Shown in pieces: positions 26,958-40,759 of a DNA stretch of 64,000 nt. A program made the position numbers and the translations under genes. Under the pieces are notes generated by a model. It had not been told where the DNA came from, ran no database searches, and saw nothing but the letters and a program-made list of their open reading frames with translations. The DNA comes from Eledone cirrhosa (Eukaryota), in NCBI GenBank assembly GCA_964016885.1, contig OZ024746.1, forward strand, positions 11,222,001 to 11,286,000, in the 5' to 3' direction. Each line of letters opens with the position of its first letter. Position 1 is the stretch's first letter.

Positions 26958-27451
26958 AACACTGCTGCTACTATCATGACTACACACCTCTCTATACACA
27001 AGAACTCATTCTCCAGTCCCCTTCTCAGCAAGGAAGATGGAATAAAACTTACTCCAACACTTAATTTTTAATCTTTAATTTCTATTTTTTAATTCTTATT
27101 AATTCTTTTTAATTGTAATACTCAACATTTGATGAGATGAATTTTAATTATTGTTTCTACTTTTGGCAGCAATTAGCCAGTACATTACTGGTACTTTATT
27201 TTATCGACCTGGTAAGGATGAAAGGCAAAGTTAACCTCGGTGGGATTTGAACTCAGACCGTAAAGCGGCGTAAGATGAATTTTAATAATACATCGAAACC
27301 GGTAATACTTTATGTACATTATAAAACTCTTTTTGAAAAGAATTGTCCCTCTCATCTTTTCAATAATATCACTTTGACGAATCAAAGGAAGAAAAAGAAA
27401 AACAGACCCTAAAATATATTTTCCGTGCTATGTCCAGCTTCCCCTTTTCTC

Positions 27452-27487
<36 letters not shown>

Positions 27488-27631
27488 TTATACTGTTAAA
27501 AATGTTATCGATCAGCTCAAGGTATGATCAAGCCTAACTCTGTAACCGATGGCTCCTCAGATATGTGGGCTTTTATGTGTGAATTCAACTGGCGCACCAC
27601 CTGTAACTAACGTTGCACATCTAAACATTTG

Positions 27632-27727
<96 letters not shown>

Positions 27728-28008
27728 TACAACAGTGACACATGAACAGGTGCTTCAGTTTCGTTGGGTTCTGGATCCCAACTCATTTAGCCTGTCATAA
27801 GAAAACTAAAATATATATATACAGAGAAAGAGAAAGATTTGTTTTAATGTGTGCGTGTTGTCCAGGAACACTTAATAACAGAACAATGTATAGGGCTGTA
27901 CATGTGTGTATCCTGGTGTGGGGCTATGGGCTTCTGAATGGTCTTATGTAAATAAGAACATGACTAGCTATGTCCATAATATATGAGAGATTATTTGTAT
28001 TTGTATTG

Positions 28009-28044
<36 letters not shown>

Positions 28045-28255
28045 TTTCTGAATTTGTTTAGCAAGATTCTTTATCTGAAATCGTGTGTTGAAACCGATAT
28101 TGTTATACTTTGGGAGGGTCATGTTGCCAATAAGAAACACACGCACCAGTTGCTTTCACTTCAATTTAATTTATTATATATTTATAAATTTACAAATTTA
28201 TAAATTTCTGGTTGGTTGGTTGGTTCCACAACCAGATAGTTGTTTATATATATAT

Positions 28256-28300
28256 AGTCATAGTTCTTTCGTCACACACTCTGTGACCTCTTCAGTGACT
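28256..28300 (-). ncRNA. Type-I minimal hammerhead (family A), minus copy
   Basis: Reverse complement of 29782-29826. Confidence 0.75.
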
Positions 28301-28605
28301 GGGGATTTCTTTCTTCGTTTCTGTGCCTTTCTTTTCTTCTATCCTACGCCATTTTGTTTGTGTGTGGGTTGCGTGCTCAGTTTGCGCATGCGCCACATCC
28401 GGGTGTCTGTGTGTGTTTGTGTTCATTTTTCTATTTTTCTATTTATATTTTTCTATTTGTTTGTTTATTTATTTATTTATTGTTGGTTGGTTGTTTGTTC
28501 TATGTGTGTGTGTGTTTTCATTTTGTCTTGTGTGTGTTTTCATTTTGTGTGTGTTTTCAATTGTAAGTTGTTTGTTCTATGTGTGTGTGTGTTTTCATTT
28601 TGTCC

Positions 28606-29053
28606 TTAATTGTAAGTTGTGATGTTGCTGTTCCACTCATATTTTCTATTTAATTTTGGTTTTAATTCTTTTATGCTTACTGCCTCTGTAATTTGCCTAA
28701 ACATTGCGTCTTTCTTGTGTGTGGATTCTATTTTTATTTCTATGCTCTCTAATTTACCCCTGTGTTCTATCTTAGCATGTTGGTAGAGCACAGATGATTC
28801 TTTATTATCTTGGAGGTCTCGCCAGTGTTCATTTATTCGTTCCCCTATACTACGAGCTGTCTCACCTATGTACACTATATTTTTGTTTCTACATTGTCCT
28901 TCAGTACATCTTATGCTATATACTACATTTCTAGTTTTACAGTTAATATGGGGGCTTATTTTACAGGTTATACATTTCTTATCTATACATGAGGGTCTTT
29001 GGAACGGGTATGTCTTGCTAATAAGTGTTTTTACGGAGGTACCAGGTTCACAC
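28606..29053 (-). CDS. PLE GIY-YIG endonuclease fragment (left arm)
   Basis: CEPGTSVKTLISKTYPFQRPSCIDKKCITCKISPHINCKTRNVVYSIRC...YIGETARSIGERINEH...RQITEAVSIKELKPKLNRKYEW. Confidence 0.85.
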
Positions 29054-29055
29054 AC

Positions 29056-29476
29056 ACTTATTAGCAAGACATACCCGTTCCAAAGACCCTCATGTATAGA
29101 TAAGAAATGTATAACCTGTAAAATAAGCCCCCATATTAACTGTAAAACTAGAAATGTAGTATAGAGCATAAGATGTACTGAAGGACAGTGTAGAAACAAA
29201 AATATAGTGTACATAGGTGAGACAGCTCGTAGTATAGGGGAACGAATAAATGAACACTGGCGAGACCTCCAAGATAATAAAGAATCATCTGTGCTCTACC
29301 AACATGCTAAGATAGAACACAGGGGTAAATTAGAGAGCATAGAAATAAAAATAGAATCCACACACAAGAAAGACGCAATGTTTAGGCAAATTACAGAGGC
29401 AGTAAGCATAAAAGAATTAAAACCAAAATTAAATAGAAAATATGAGTGGAACAGCAACATCACAACTTACAATTAA
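29056..29476 (+). pseudogene. PLE GIY-YIG endonuclease fragment (right arm, one premature stop)
   Basis: Mirror of the left arm; TAG at 29162-29164 replaces the Tyr of the VVY motif. Confidence 0.8.
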
Positions 29477-29781
29477 GGACAAAATGAAAACACACACACA
29501 CATAGAACAAACAACTTACAATTGAAAACACACACAAGATGAAAACACACACAAGACAAAATGAAAACACACACACACATAGAACAAACAACCAACCAAC
29601 AATAAATAAATAAATAAACAAACAAATAGAAAAATATAAATAGAAAAATAGAAAAATGAACACAAACACACACAGACACCCGGATGTGGCGCATGCGCAA
29701 ACTGAGCACGCAACCCACACACAAACAAAATGGCGTAGGATAGAAGAAAAGAAAGGCACAGAAACGAAGAAAGAAATCCCC

Positions 29782-29826
29782 AGTCACTGAAGAGGTCACA
29801 GAGTGTGTGACGAAAGAACTATGACT
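29782..29826 (+). ncRNA. Type-I minimal hammerhead (family A)
   Basis: Stem I AGUCA/UGACU, CUGAAGA 29787-29793, stem II GUCACA/UGUGAC, GAAA 29812-29815, G-AA-C, CUA cleavage triplet. Confidence 0.78.
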
Positions 29827-30072
29827 ATATATATATAAACAACTATCTGGTTGTGGAACCAACCAACCAACCAGAAATTTATAAATTTGTAAATTTATAA
29901 ATATATAATAAATTAAATTGAAGTGAAAGCAACTGGTGCGTGTGTTTCTTATTGGCAACATGACCCTCCCAAAGTATAACAATATATATATATATATAGT
30001 GAAAAATGGAACGGGAACAAAACAGTACGAACAAAGGTTTATTAGTTTCACGCTCTTGAGAGTGGGGGGTGG

Positions 30073-30110
30073 GGAACGACGTTTCGGGCATAAGCCCTTC
30101 TTCAGGCGAA
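30073..30110 (-). ncRNA. Minimal hammerhead (family G) in a PLE-type 3' end
   Basis: CUGAAGA-A-GGGC-uuau-GCCC-GAAA-CG-UC with palindromic ACGU stem III; AATAAA downstream, then (TA)n. Stem I is weak. Confidence 0.7.
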
Positions 30111-32014
30111 AAGTGGGTGGGAAGAGAGTTCCGAGGGTGTGTAGGGGAGTGGAGGAGAGACGTTTAGAAAAAAGGGGGGGGGACTGTGGGAGGGGTACAA
30201 ATAAAAACAAATAAAAATAAAAATAAACATGAAGATAAACAAGTGGTGGAAGGGTGTGGGCGTGTAGGGGTGGTGGCGTGTGGAGTGGGGAGAGGGAGGT
30301 GGGGTGTCCGAGCGGGGAGGGCTGAAGGTGGTGTATGTGTGTAGGTGTACGTGTGTGTGTGTGTGTGTATGTGAATGTGAGAGTTGGGGGAAGAACGAGG
30401 TTCCATGTTCAGGAAAAGGTGTGGGGGGGTGTAGGTCGGTGTGTGTGTGCGTGTGGATGGGGTGGGGGGGGGGGGGATTCCGGAGGCTGAGTGTGTATAT
30501 ATGTGGGGGTACGCACGATACGTGTATGTATATAGATATATATATATACATATACATATACATATATATATATATATAATATATATTTATATATATGTAT
30601 GTATGTATGTGTGTGTGTGCGTGTGTGTGTATGTGTGTGTGTGTGAGAGAATATGTAAATATGTATCAATAAGAAAACTCAAATTTGTTATTTCTTTTCT
30701 GCGTTGTATGTATGTATGCGTTTATGTATAGGTATGTATGTATATATGTATGTATATATGTATGTATATATGTATATAAGTATGTATGTATATGTTTATG
30801 TACGTATCCTTGACTATGTATGCCAGGTATGTACGAGTGAAGGTAAGTTCGTTTGCATGTCCTCTTCTCCGACCTCATGTACATACGTATGTTTTAAATG
30901 TCTGACTTGTATACTTTCGTTAGCTACGTTCCACCATGTTGTATTGTTAGAGCACGTAGCCGCGGTGGAGAAGGTGGAAAATAAACAAAAGGGTCAAATC
31001 TTTTTGTTTGTGTTTTTTTAACAATGGAATCTCCTCCATCCACACCGTCAAATATGTACAAATACACTTATACACATATTTGAAGGGTGTTTCTAATGCC
31101 CGTTTGAGAATGTGGGCGCTTATCCATATGCTTATGTAAATCGTCTCCTTCATAACTGAACTAATAATTGTTTCTACTTTAGGCACAAGGCCAGCAATTA
31201 CCCAGTACATTACTGGTACTTTATTTTATCGACCCCGTAAGGATGAAAGGCAAAGATAATCTCGGCGGGATTTGAACTCAGACTGTAAAGGGACGTAACT
31301 ATGCTAGATTATTATCATCATGAGGAGAGTGACCGTTACAATTTCCTAATCCACTTTCCCTTAAAATGAGCCTGTATGGTTAGTCAGTCAAAAACAACAA
31401 TAAGTATTTAGTTGCTTAGCTAACTGGTAATCTCAACATATCAGAAGCTAAAGCACAACCGTGTGAAACCGCGCTCCAGTTTCATTTTTACAATAGGAAT
31501 TACTTAATTCCACTAGAGTAATGATTGCTAGTTTAGGCACAAGGCCAGTAATTTGGTGGGAGGGGAAAGTCGATTAAATCGACCCCAGTACGATATTGAT
31601 ACTTTATTTTATCGATCCCGTAAGGATAAAAGACAAAGTAAACCTCGGCGGGATTTGAACTCAGACTGTAAAGGGACGTAACTATGCTAGAAAGCATGGC
31701 GTCCAACCCTCTACCGATACTGCCAATTCACCACTAATAATGATGCTAACTAGACACAGTCTTCAACCAGTCCCGCTGGCGACTCCGGTAGAGACCGAGC
31801 TAAGGCAAGAGAAATTGTTTGACTTTGGACCTTAAACCCTGTGATTACTCTATGACCCACTATCAGGGCATTTAGAGTTCACGATGCATTCATTTATAAA
31901 TAAAGATAACTATTCATGCTAACATACAAACGTGGATTCATAAATGCATACATGTATGTAAAAATCGGTGTTTCAGTGTGTACGTGTGTTTATACATATG
32001 CATACATGTGTATA

Positions 32015-32056
<42 letters not shown>

Positions 32057-32058
32057 AG

Positions 32059-32104
<46 letters not shown>

Positions 32105-33399
32105 TGTCTGTCTGTCTGTGCCTGTGTCTGTGTCTGTGTGTGCGTGAGCGTGTATGTGTGAGTGTGTGTGTGTGTGTGCGTGAGCGTGTGTGTGTGTGTG
32201 TGTGTATTCTCATATATAAAACAATAATTTTTAAAACTAAAATTAAGGGAGAAAATGATAAGTCTTTTAATAGACGAAAACATGTTTTCAGATATTTTTC
32301 ACTGAACTTAAAAATACTTCACATGTCAAGACTACAAATACACTCAGTGGGCTCAATAGATAACAAAGCTAAAATAAAGTAGAAATGCGTTAATAACAAT
32401 TTCTTACAAATTGTATTTAATATATCGGCAATATTATATACGTGTATGTACCAGTAATTACTGGAGTCATAGGGGCACTGTAGTGACATGCGGCATTTCT
32501 TGGGCATTTTTGAAACCTGCCGGAGTCCAGCTTTTCTCCGGGCCTGAATACAACCAATTCAGAGAAGGAGAAAGGGTGATAGAGAGATATATAAAGATGA
32601 ACAATCAATCCCAGTACTGGATTGGTGTTTTTTTCTTTTTTTTTTATCGACCGTGAAAGGATGAAAAGCAAAGTTGATCTCGGTGGGATTTGAACTCAGA
32701 GTACAGAAAGCCGGAAGGAATACCACAAAGGATTCTATCTAACGTGTTCAATATTATATACACTGTATCACTGATAGAAGTAAATTTACACCGCTAAATA
32801 CTACGGTAGTTTATGGGGGAGATAGAAATATTTATGTAGACAGTTCAAATTAAACATACTTAGCAATTAAATAAAGCTAACATGTTGTCTGTTGTAAACT
32901 GAAAGCAACAATAACAACTGTGCAGCAGTTAGATATTTTGATGTTTCTCAATGCAACACCTAGCTTTGGACACAAAACAAAAACAGACTGAAACAAATGT
33001 CTTAATACTAAACAAGGTAATTATAATCAGCAGAGTCAATATCCTCACACATCGTAACACCAATGCATGTCAAATTTCAAACCATTAGAATGTCAAAGGT
33101 ACTCAGATATGAAATTAATGCCGCCTTCAAATTCTCAAATGGATGATGTACAAACTTTATAAAATAACACTCTATTAGTACATCAAAAAAAAAAAAAAAT
33201 ATCTCAAAATACCTCCATCTGATTTGGACAAGAAAATAATAAATGTTTATAGATGTATAATCCTTTACTTTTAATACAAAAGACAGTATTGTTGAAATAA
33301 ATAAAATTGATTTATTTTTATTTCCGTGTAATAATATATACAAAAATAATCAAGTCATATCAAACAGAAAAATATATTAACTTGAAAATTATACATCAT

Positions 33400-33782
33400 C
33401 CTCCTTCAAGTTGGTTGGTCGGAACATCCTCGACAATTCCTCTCCATACCGTACGATCCAGTATTGCTGTCCCCAGTTCTACCAGGTGGATTCCTGAATC
33501 CCATTAGTCTCTGGATAAGTTATTTTTCGACAATGGACACTTCCAAAGAGATTCCACTGAAGAAGTGATTAAATTACTTCCATGTCTGCCCTAAAACAAT
33601 GGCCTGTGAACTGGAGCCTTCTCTCTTTAAGTCTGAGTGATATTGGATACAGACTTCCGCAGATTGTTTGTCTAATTGAATGCAACTACCAGCTCAGATT
33701 CTTCACCTTTCTAAGTAAGTTGGTGCCTGGGCCATCAAAGCATTTTGTTCTAAGCGAGTGGTGAGTGTCCAGGTTTCTGAAA
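33400..33782 (-). mobile_element. RTE-type LINE ORF C-terminal fragment (degenerate)
   Basis: ETWTLT...LLRKVKNLSW...RRLQFTGHCFRA...TYPE...ELGTAILDRTVWRGIV. Confidence 0.75.
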
Positions 33783-33982
33783 CGGACGTAGGAATTAAAG
33801 AATTGATTAAATTAATTAACCATGGTCTTTTTCCATTTTAAATATTAATGCTCAATTACAAGAACTTTAACTTTCGAAGATTTTTTCGTCTGTTTTAAAC
33901 TCCTTACAAACTGAAGATTTTAGTGAACATAGAACTTCTCTCACCTTACCAAATGTAATAGTGGAATACACCACTATAATCA

Positions 33983-34058
<76 letters not shown>

Positions 34059-34529
34059 TTATAAACACTTGTATATATACGCATAAACACATAGGCATGC
34101 TTGTGTGCGATTTTCTTCAATTCAAAAAGAGAGAGATTTTATAGTGACACTCAGCGATGACAAGCTGTGCCTTATCTTCCATATGACTGAGATGACTGAC
34201 CACAGTGGTTCTACTGTTGACAGATCCGTGATGTAGTGTTTTCTGACCAAACCATCAGCACAGACTCTTGCTAAATATATTCCATTTATAAACCAACCAA
34301 CATATAAATAAGTATATATATTGAAATTGGATAGCGTTAATGTCTGTCTGTCGTGATTGCTGTTGACGTTACTGTGTCAAAGTGTGTGACTTTGTGGTGA
34401 GAGTTTTCAATGCATGTTTGTAAGGTCGTATGTTCGATTCCCAACATTTCTAAATCCCTACTCTTCCAAACTAAGCCAAAAGAATGATGATGATGATGAA
34501 TATGAAGATGATGGTGATTGTGGTGGTGG

Positions 34530-34576
<47 letters not shown>

Positions 34577-36128
34577 GCTTTTCAGGACCCTACCTCCTCT
34601 TTTCATATTCAATTGTATTAATTTCTAACATAGGTACAAACCACAATTATGTTACGATGGGGGACGGATACTAAATTAAGCCGACCCTCGCTACTTCACT
34701 GGAACTTATGCTATCGACTCATGAAAGCTGGAAAGTAGAGTTGGACTCAGTGGAATTTGAAGTTAGAGTGTAAAAGAGATGTGGACACAGAACATAATCT
34801 TGGTTTCTTATAGGAAGAATTCTTAAATTTTTGGGAGAAAATTATAGTCGATTATGACCGATCCTAACTACCCCTGCTACTCATTTTATTGACCCTGGTA
34901 GTTGGCCTTACAAGTATTTGAACTTAGGACATAAAGAGACATTACTAAATACCATAAATCATATTGTCTGACGTGCTACAAATGATGCTAATGCACCACT
35001 CTCCACAGTCTATGTTATTAATCCAACACTGCACAATTTTTGACAGCTAAAATTTACGATCGTTATAAAAATTACAGTCGTTATCTAACAGTTTGATTTG
35101 CTAGAAAAGAAAAACAAATATCATTTTATGATTATTTAAATACCGGGTTAAAGTTTCTACGCCTATCATTATCACACTTGATCCTCTTTCCTCAAATGTT
35201 TCTCGCCAGTATTTGTTCGATCTCTTTATGTTCTGCGTTCAAACTTGGTCAGGGTCAACTTTATATTTGATCCTTTCTAGTGCTGATAGAATAACGTACA
35301 AGTCGAGTACTGGGATCGATTTAACTGACTAACTCCACCTCTAAATTAGAACCCAGGAGTAGTGGATTGGTAGAGTCGCCTCAGAATAGGACAAAATGTT
35401 TTGTGACATTTAATTATGGCCCGTTACGTTTTAAGTTCAAATCCTGCAATGGTTGGCTTTACCACTGGGGGTTTTTTGTTTGTTTGTTTTATGTATTTTT
35501 ACGCCGATAAAATAAGTGTTGGAATCGATATCATCAATTACATCACGAGGTCTTGAATCTGATAGAAATCAATATTATCATAAAAGGGATTGATGATCAT
35601 TCAGGTTCCGATTTTGATTTCCACAGGTATCGGCGAAATAAGAATCAGTCAAGAAATGATTAAATCTATTAAGACATCATTCCGATAGAGTGGCGGTTAA
35701 CAGCTTTACTGTATTTAGTTACATCCCTTTGAGTGTTGTGTTCAAATCTCTTACTTTTCATCTTGCTGTGTTGAGAAAATAAGTATTTTTCAAATACCGT
35801 TAAACCATATGTTAACATGTAGTAAAGGAAAGTCATGGTCGTATTGGAATGTTGCCACTGATCTTATGTGGTGAGATTGAACTTTTTTGTATTTATTCGG
35901 CCAAATAACGTAATTTACAATACTCATTACATCTTCCGACCATTTCCCCACTGTGGAAGCAAATGTTAAGCATCTGTTTGCGGAAGTTACATTAACTGGT
36001 TCGAAACTTTCCGTTGATCTTCGAAGCGCAGTAACAGCTCGAGGTGAAGTGACTTCAATAGAGAATCAAAATCACATCCTGGTCGGTATATTGTATTTTT
36101 TTTTTTCTTATTTTACTGTGCTAATAAT

Positions 36129-36313
36129 TGTTTCTACTTTTGGCACAAGGCCAGCAATTACCCAGTACATTACTGGTACTTTATTTTATCGACCCCGTAA
36201 GGATGAAAGGCAAAGTTAACCTCGGCGGGATTTGAACTCAGATCGTAAAGGGACGTAACTCTTTGCGTCAAGCATGGCGTCCGACCCTCTACTGATACTG
36301 CCAATCCACCGCC
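36129..36313 (-). mobile_element. Full-length SINE family 1 with 13-bp TSD
   Basis: TSD CTGTGCTAATAAT at 36116-36128 and 36314-36326. Confidence 0.9.
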
Positions 36314-36682
36314 CTGTGCTAATAATATCTACAAAAACTCGCCTGTATTGTATATAATTATCTTATCGACCTATGAAAGGTCAAGAGTAGTTGAACTTTT
36401 ACCAGGAAATTTAATAAGACGAAACAATATACTGTATTACCTTTGCCTCTAATCCTCTATGGTGTCGGTTGTTTTCAACATTATAGAATATGTTTTCTCT
36501 CTACCAAGTATAAAGCCATAGACAAATGAATATTAACTTTTATAGAGGGGTACTATAAAGGCCATGACATAGAAGAACAGCATAGTGTATGGAAACAAAG
36601 TCTCAATTTTGGACTCAGTTCACCAGGAGACAGATCAGAGGTTGGTCTCGCTCGAAATCAAGAGAACAGCCATCTTGTAAGT

Positions 36683-37062
36683 TGTGTGTATATATGAGGG
36701 TTTATGTGTATGTATGAGGGTATATGTGTATATATGAGGGTATATGTGTATGTATGAGGGTATATGTGTATGTATGAGGGTATATGTGTATATATGCGGG
36801 TATATGTGTATATATATGCGGGTATATGTGTATATATGAGGGTATATGTGTATGTATGAGGGTATATGTGTATGTATGAGGGTATATGTGTATATATGCG
36901 GGTATATGTGTATATATATGCGGGTATATGTGTATATATGAGGGTATATGTGTATCTATGCGGGTATATGTGTATATATGTGGGTATATGTGTATATATG
37001 AGGGTATATGTGCATGTATGAGGGTATATGTGTATATATGAGGGTATATGTGTATGTATGAG
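36683..37062 (+). repeat. Minisatellite, ~20-bp unit
   Basis: ATATGAGGGTATATGTGTAT variants in tandem. Confidence 0.9.
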
Positions 37063-37134
37063 AGAGAATGAGTGAGAATTAAGCATAAGAGAGATTGTAA
37101 AAGAATGTACTCATGAACTACGCCTGTTTGAGAA

Positions 37135-37440
37135 TGAGGCGGAGTGTTGAAAAGTTCTTGACTTTGAGTAAAAGAAAATATAGGAAGATCAGTTAATTAT
37201 GATTTTATTCAACATATTCCCCTCTCAGATTCACACTTATTGCAGCGGTTCTACCTCCCATGTAAAGGCAACAGCTTTACCCTTTTGCGACACTTATTGC
37301 AGCGGTTCTACCTCCCCTATAAAGGTAATAGCTCTCCCCTTTTGCGACACTTATTGCAGAGGTCCTACCTCCCCTATAAAGGTAATAGCTCTCCCCTTTC
37401 GCGATACCCTTAAAGCCTGCAACATTTCAGCACCCGGTAT
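37135..37440 (+). mobile_element. Mariner-like MITE with internal 57-bp triplication
   Basis: Degenerate TIRs GTGTTGAAAAGTTCTTGACTTT / AAAGCCTGCAACATTTCAGCAC; CACTTATTGCAG..GT.CTACCTCCC occurs three times. Confidence 0.6.
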
Positions 37441-37582
37441 GAACGCTTGAGAGATCAGTGTCAGAATATCTATAAGCGTATATACGCGTGAATGGGATTG
37501 CATGCGAATGTAATTAAGTTTGTGGGAAATATAGAAAGGTCCTATTGAGTTGTTTTGTGTATAAGGTTGGTCAATTTATGTA

Positions 37583-37675
<93 letters not shown>

Positions 37676-38317
37676 GATGGTGTATGCAAATATGTGTAAA
37701 TATTCAATTTGAACTTTTGACAAATCATAGTGAGTTTGTGTGTGGGTAGGCGTACATGTGTGTGTGTGGGGGGGTTGGTGTGGGGACAGGGGTATGTGAG
37801 AATATGTGTATATATATATGTGTGGGAAATTCAGGAGTGAATGTTATCAATGAGGGTGATTACAGGAATGCATGTCGGTTATTGACACCAGATGAAAGAT
37901 TAATTTTTGTTCACAACTAAGATGTCGTGCTTTATAAAACAAAAGACAGCCAGATGAAAGAGACACGGAGAAATCGAAATGACGGATGGTACAGAAATAT
38001 AGACACCTCCATATTCCAACTTACAACTTCATCCATGCGTAACCCCTACATATATCTGAAATGAAACCTCCATTTTATTTAATTACTTTCTGTCCATCAC
38101 TAATCAACAGTTTCTGTTTTTAACTTATTCCCATGTTCCCTTTCTCTTCTTCTTCTTCTCTTGACGAAGGCCAACTGTCCGAAATGTGGATGGATTTCTA
38201 TTCCTTTGCTTCAGAGTGCAATATATCGATGTTGTATTTCTGTCTGTTGATTTGTATGTTTGTGTTTAACGAGCCACTCTAGATATATAATAGTAACATA
38301 GTTAAGTTTATGTCACA

Positions 38318-38570
38318 GCTAGTTTATACATAACATACCACTGTAACATACCACTGTAACATACCACTGTAACTAGTTTATACATAACATACCACTGTAA
38401 CATACCACTGTAACTAGTTTATACATAACATACCACTGTAACATACCACTGTAACATACCACTGTAACATACCACTGTAACATACCACTGTAACTAGTTT
38501 ATACATAACATACCACTGTAACATACCACTGTAACATACCACTGTAACATACCACTGTAACATACCACTG
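38318..38570 (+). repeat. Minisatellite, 13-bp TAACATACCACTG with interspersed TAACTAGTTTATACA
   Basis: Direct tandem repeats. Confidence 0.9.
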
Positions 38571-40759
38571 GTGATGCTCAGTCACTGACTCCATAGCATT
38601 TAATTTCTAATAAACATTGTCTGTAGTTAGTTAATAAAACAGCAAAGGCGTTGACAAATTGACCACTGTATCATTAGAAAAATTAGTGTTGACATAGTTA
38701 ATGCATGGAGTATTAAAAGTTAACTATATATATATTTCCCGGTAAGTACGGGACACAATTCTGGGCCTGTTTCGGTTTTAATCTGACCTCATTAGCGAAG
38801 CATAGCTTTCACCGCCCTTGACAAAGCAGTGTTGAATGAATTACTAAGTAATTACGCAAGATTATATATTTGTTGACATAGGAGTTTAGAATTGTTTTGA
38901 AAATGGAAGGGATGTAAAAATCTACTCATCAATTAGCATGACTGTGTCTCATTAATCGTGTGAATATAACTTAGAAGGCTGGGTTACTGATTAATTGAAA
39001 ATAACAAGGAAGCCACTACTTTGTCGGTCAACCCATTAGAAATACCAGCCAAATACCCCTTACATCCCACTTTACGTCTTAAATAAGGAAAGAACATACT
39101 AGATAATGCAGTCCAAACTAGCCCTAAAAAGATGAGATGGTCATTGCTGGAATGACTTTGATGGTAGATCTTGGTTCACTCGGAGCTTACCAACAACAAT
39201 ATCATATGCTCACTAGTATCCTCCCAATGTGGAATTCTCCATCAAATTCACACTCTGTCAAACTGTAAATAAAAGAGAAATAGCCGAGAATGTTGGGTAT
39301 TGTACAACTAACTATTGGTTTGAGCTTAAATCTGCTATAGGCAGTTTGTAGCTTCAAGGTAAAATATTTCATTCTAATGTGCCTCGGTTAATCAAGTATC
39401 CGTCGGATAATTAGCAAATGCTGATTATCTGGGGATATTTATTACCTGCGCTAAACTGTCGTTCTATCTGAGAATAGATTCATCTCTCATTCACGTCAAT
39501 TCTTCCTCTATATCTCTTTCTCACTTCCATTCTTTCCCTCTCTATCCTTCTCTGGAAGAAATCTGCCGTATTCACACCTGCCGTATTCAAAACAGTGCCC
39601 ATACGACTCCCTCAAATTTTAAACATTCCAACATAATTTGATATAAGAATCTTTTGTTATAAATACCATCAAAACAATAAAATCCTGAATAGTTTTAGTA
39701 AATCCCTCCAGATTGTTCAATAATTAAATTAATTCAAATACAGTGTATTTCATTAGAGTTAACAGACGTTTTATATTTACATATAAAAAAAATCAGCCAT
39801 GTGTGTTTGTCGGCAAATTATGGACGCTTCAATTTGAAAAGAAAAAAGGGAAAGTAGAAGCAATAGTTGAGAACACAGGTATTGTTTGTAGTAAATTTGA
39901 CTGCTGTTCGATTTGATGTGTTTTCCCATTGTTCGGGACCTGCCAACCGCTGCTATTTATACAGTACGAAAAATAATATTAAAAGAAATAAGAAAACATG
40001 AGAAATGTTAGTACAACTCTTGCCTACTCTTAGCCTACATTTTGAATGGGGGCTAGGTTGTTTTGCATAAACATTCCTGAATCCAATCTACTGTAACTTG
40101 ACACAAGGCTAATCTTATAGGTCTCAAGTAGCCGTTCGGTTTGGTAGACAGCCAACTAACGTGGCCATGTTTATCAGTTATAAAAGGTCTTCCACATTGT
40201 TTTTGTTTGTCTTTAATATAAACCTTTGATTGTCCTCGTTGACCCTATTCACGTCTAATACAAAAATAACAACAAAAACAACTTAATATTATAACAAGAA
40301 GACCATAAAAAGGAAAACAACCTACTCAATGGTTTTATTGCAATTTGTTCATTGTAACTTCTTTCTTAAATTTCCCCTTCATTTTGTCCCCACCCCCCTA
40401 TTATGAAAACAATTAACCGTCTGTGTTTGTGGGAAATTTTACTAACATAATCTAAAGATTTCGTTGGAGTTTTTTCCTTTATTTTTTTCATTTTTACCTT
40501 CTCCATTAACCAAAATGTTTTTCTTCGTTCTTTCTTTATTTATTCGGTGGTGACACACATTCTGACAGCAATGGTCATACACTCCACTTTAAACACGAAC
40601 ACTTCGAATTACATGTTCGCTTCATGCAGCCTATTGTCAACAACACCATGTTCCCTTCAGACAGTATACAATCATAACCACGCACACAACAATCGCTTAT
40701 GTAAATTATGTCCTCCTACCTGTCCTGCTAGAAATCAGTGCTCCATTCCCTACGAGGAC

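Larger units (their letters stand above)
28042..29985. mobile_element. Young Penelope-like insertion (family A) forming a ~1.9-kb palindrome
   Basis: Arms 28097-29028 and 29054-29985 (932 bp, only a few mismatches seen) with a 25-nt spacer and (TA)n on both sides. Each arm encodes a GIY-YIG C-terminus. Confidence 0.92.

Noticed and set aside
31755-31812. HDV-like ribozyme resemblance (CCAGTCCCGCTGG...GCTAA)
   Set aside because: A P2 helix and a full P1 could not be built.
34337-34674. Poly-His / poly-Asp ORFs
   Set aside because: They translate a (GAT)n microsatellite.
38155-38195. Hammerhead-like TTGACGAAGG...CCGAAATGTG
   Set aside because: C3 and the cleavage triplet are mutated and there is no stem I; at most a decayed relic.
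38745-38800. Minus-strand CTAATGAGGT...ACCGAAACA...TGTC
   Set aside because: G5 is mutated and stem I does not form.
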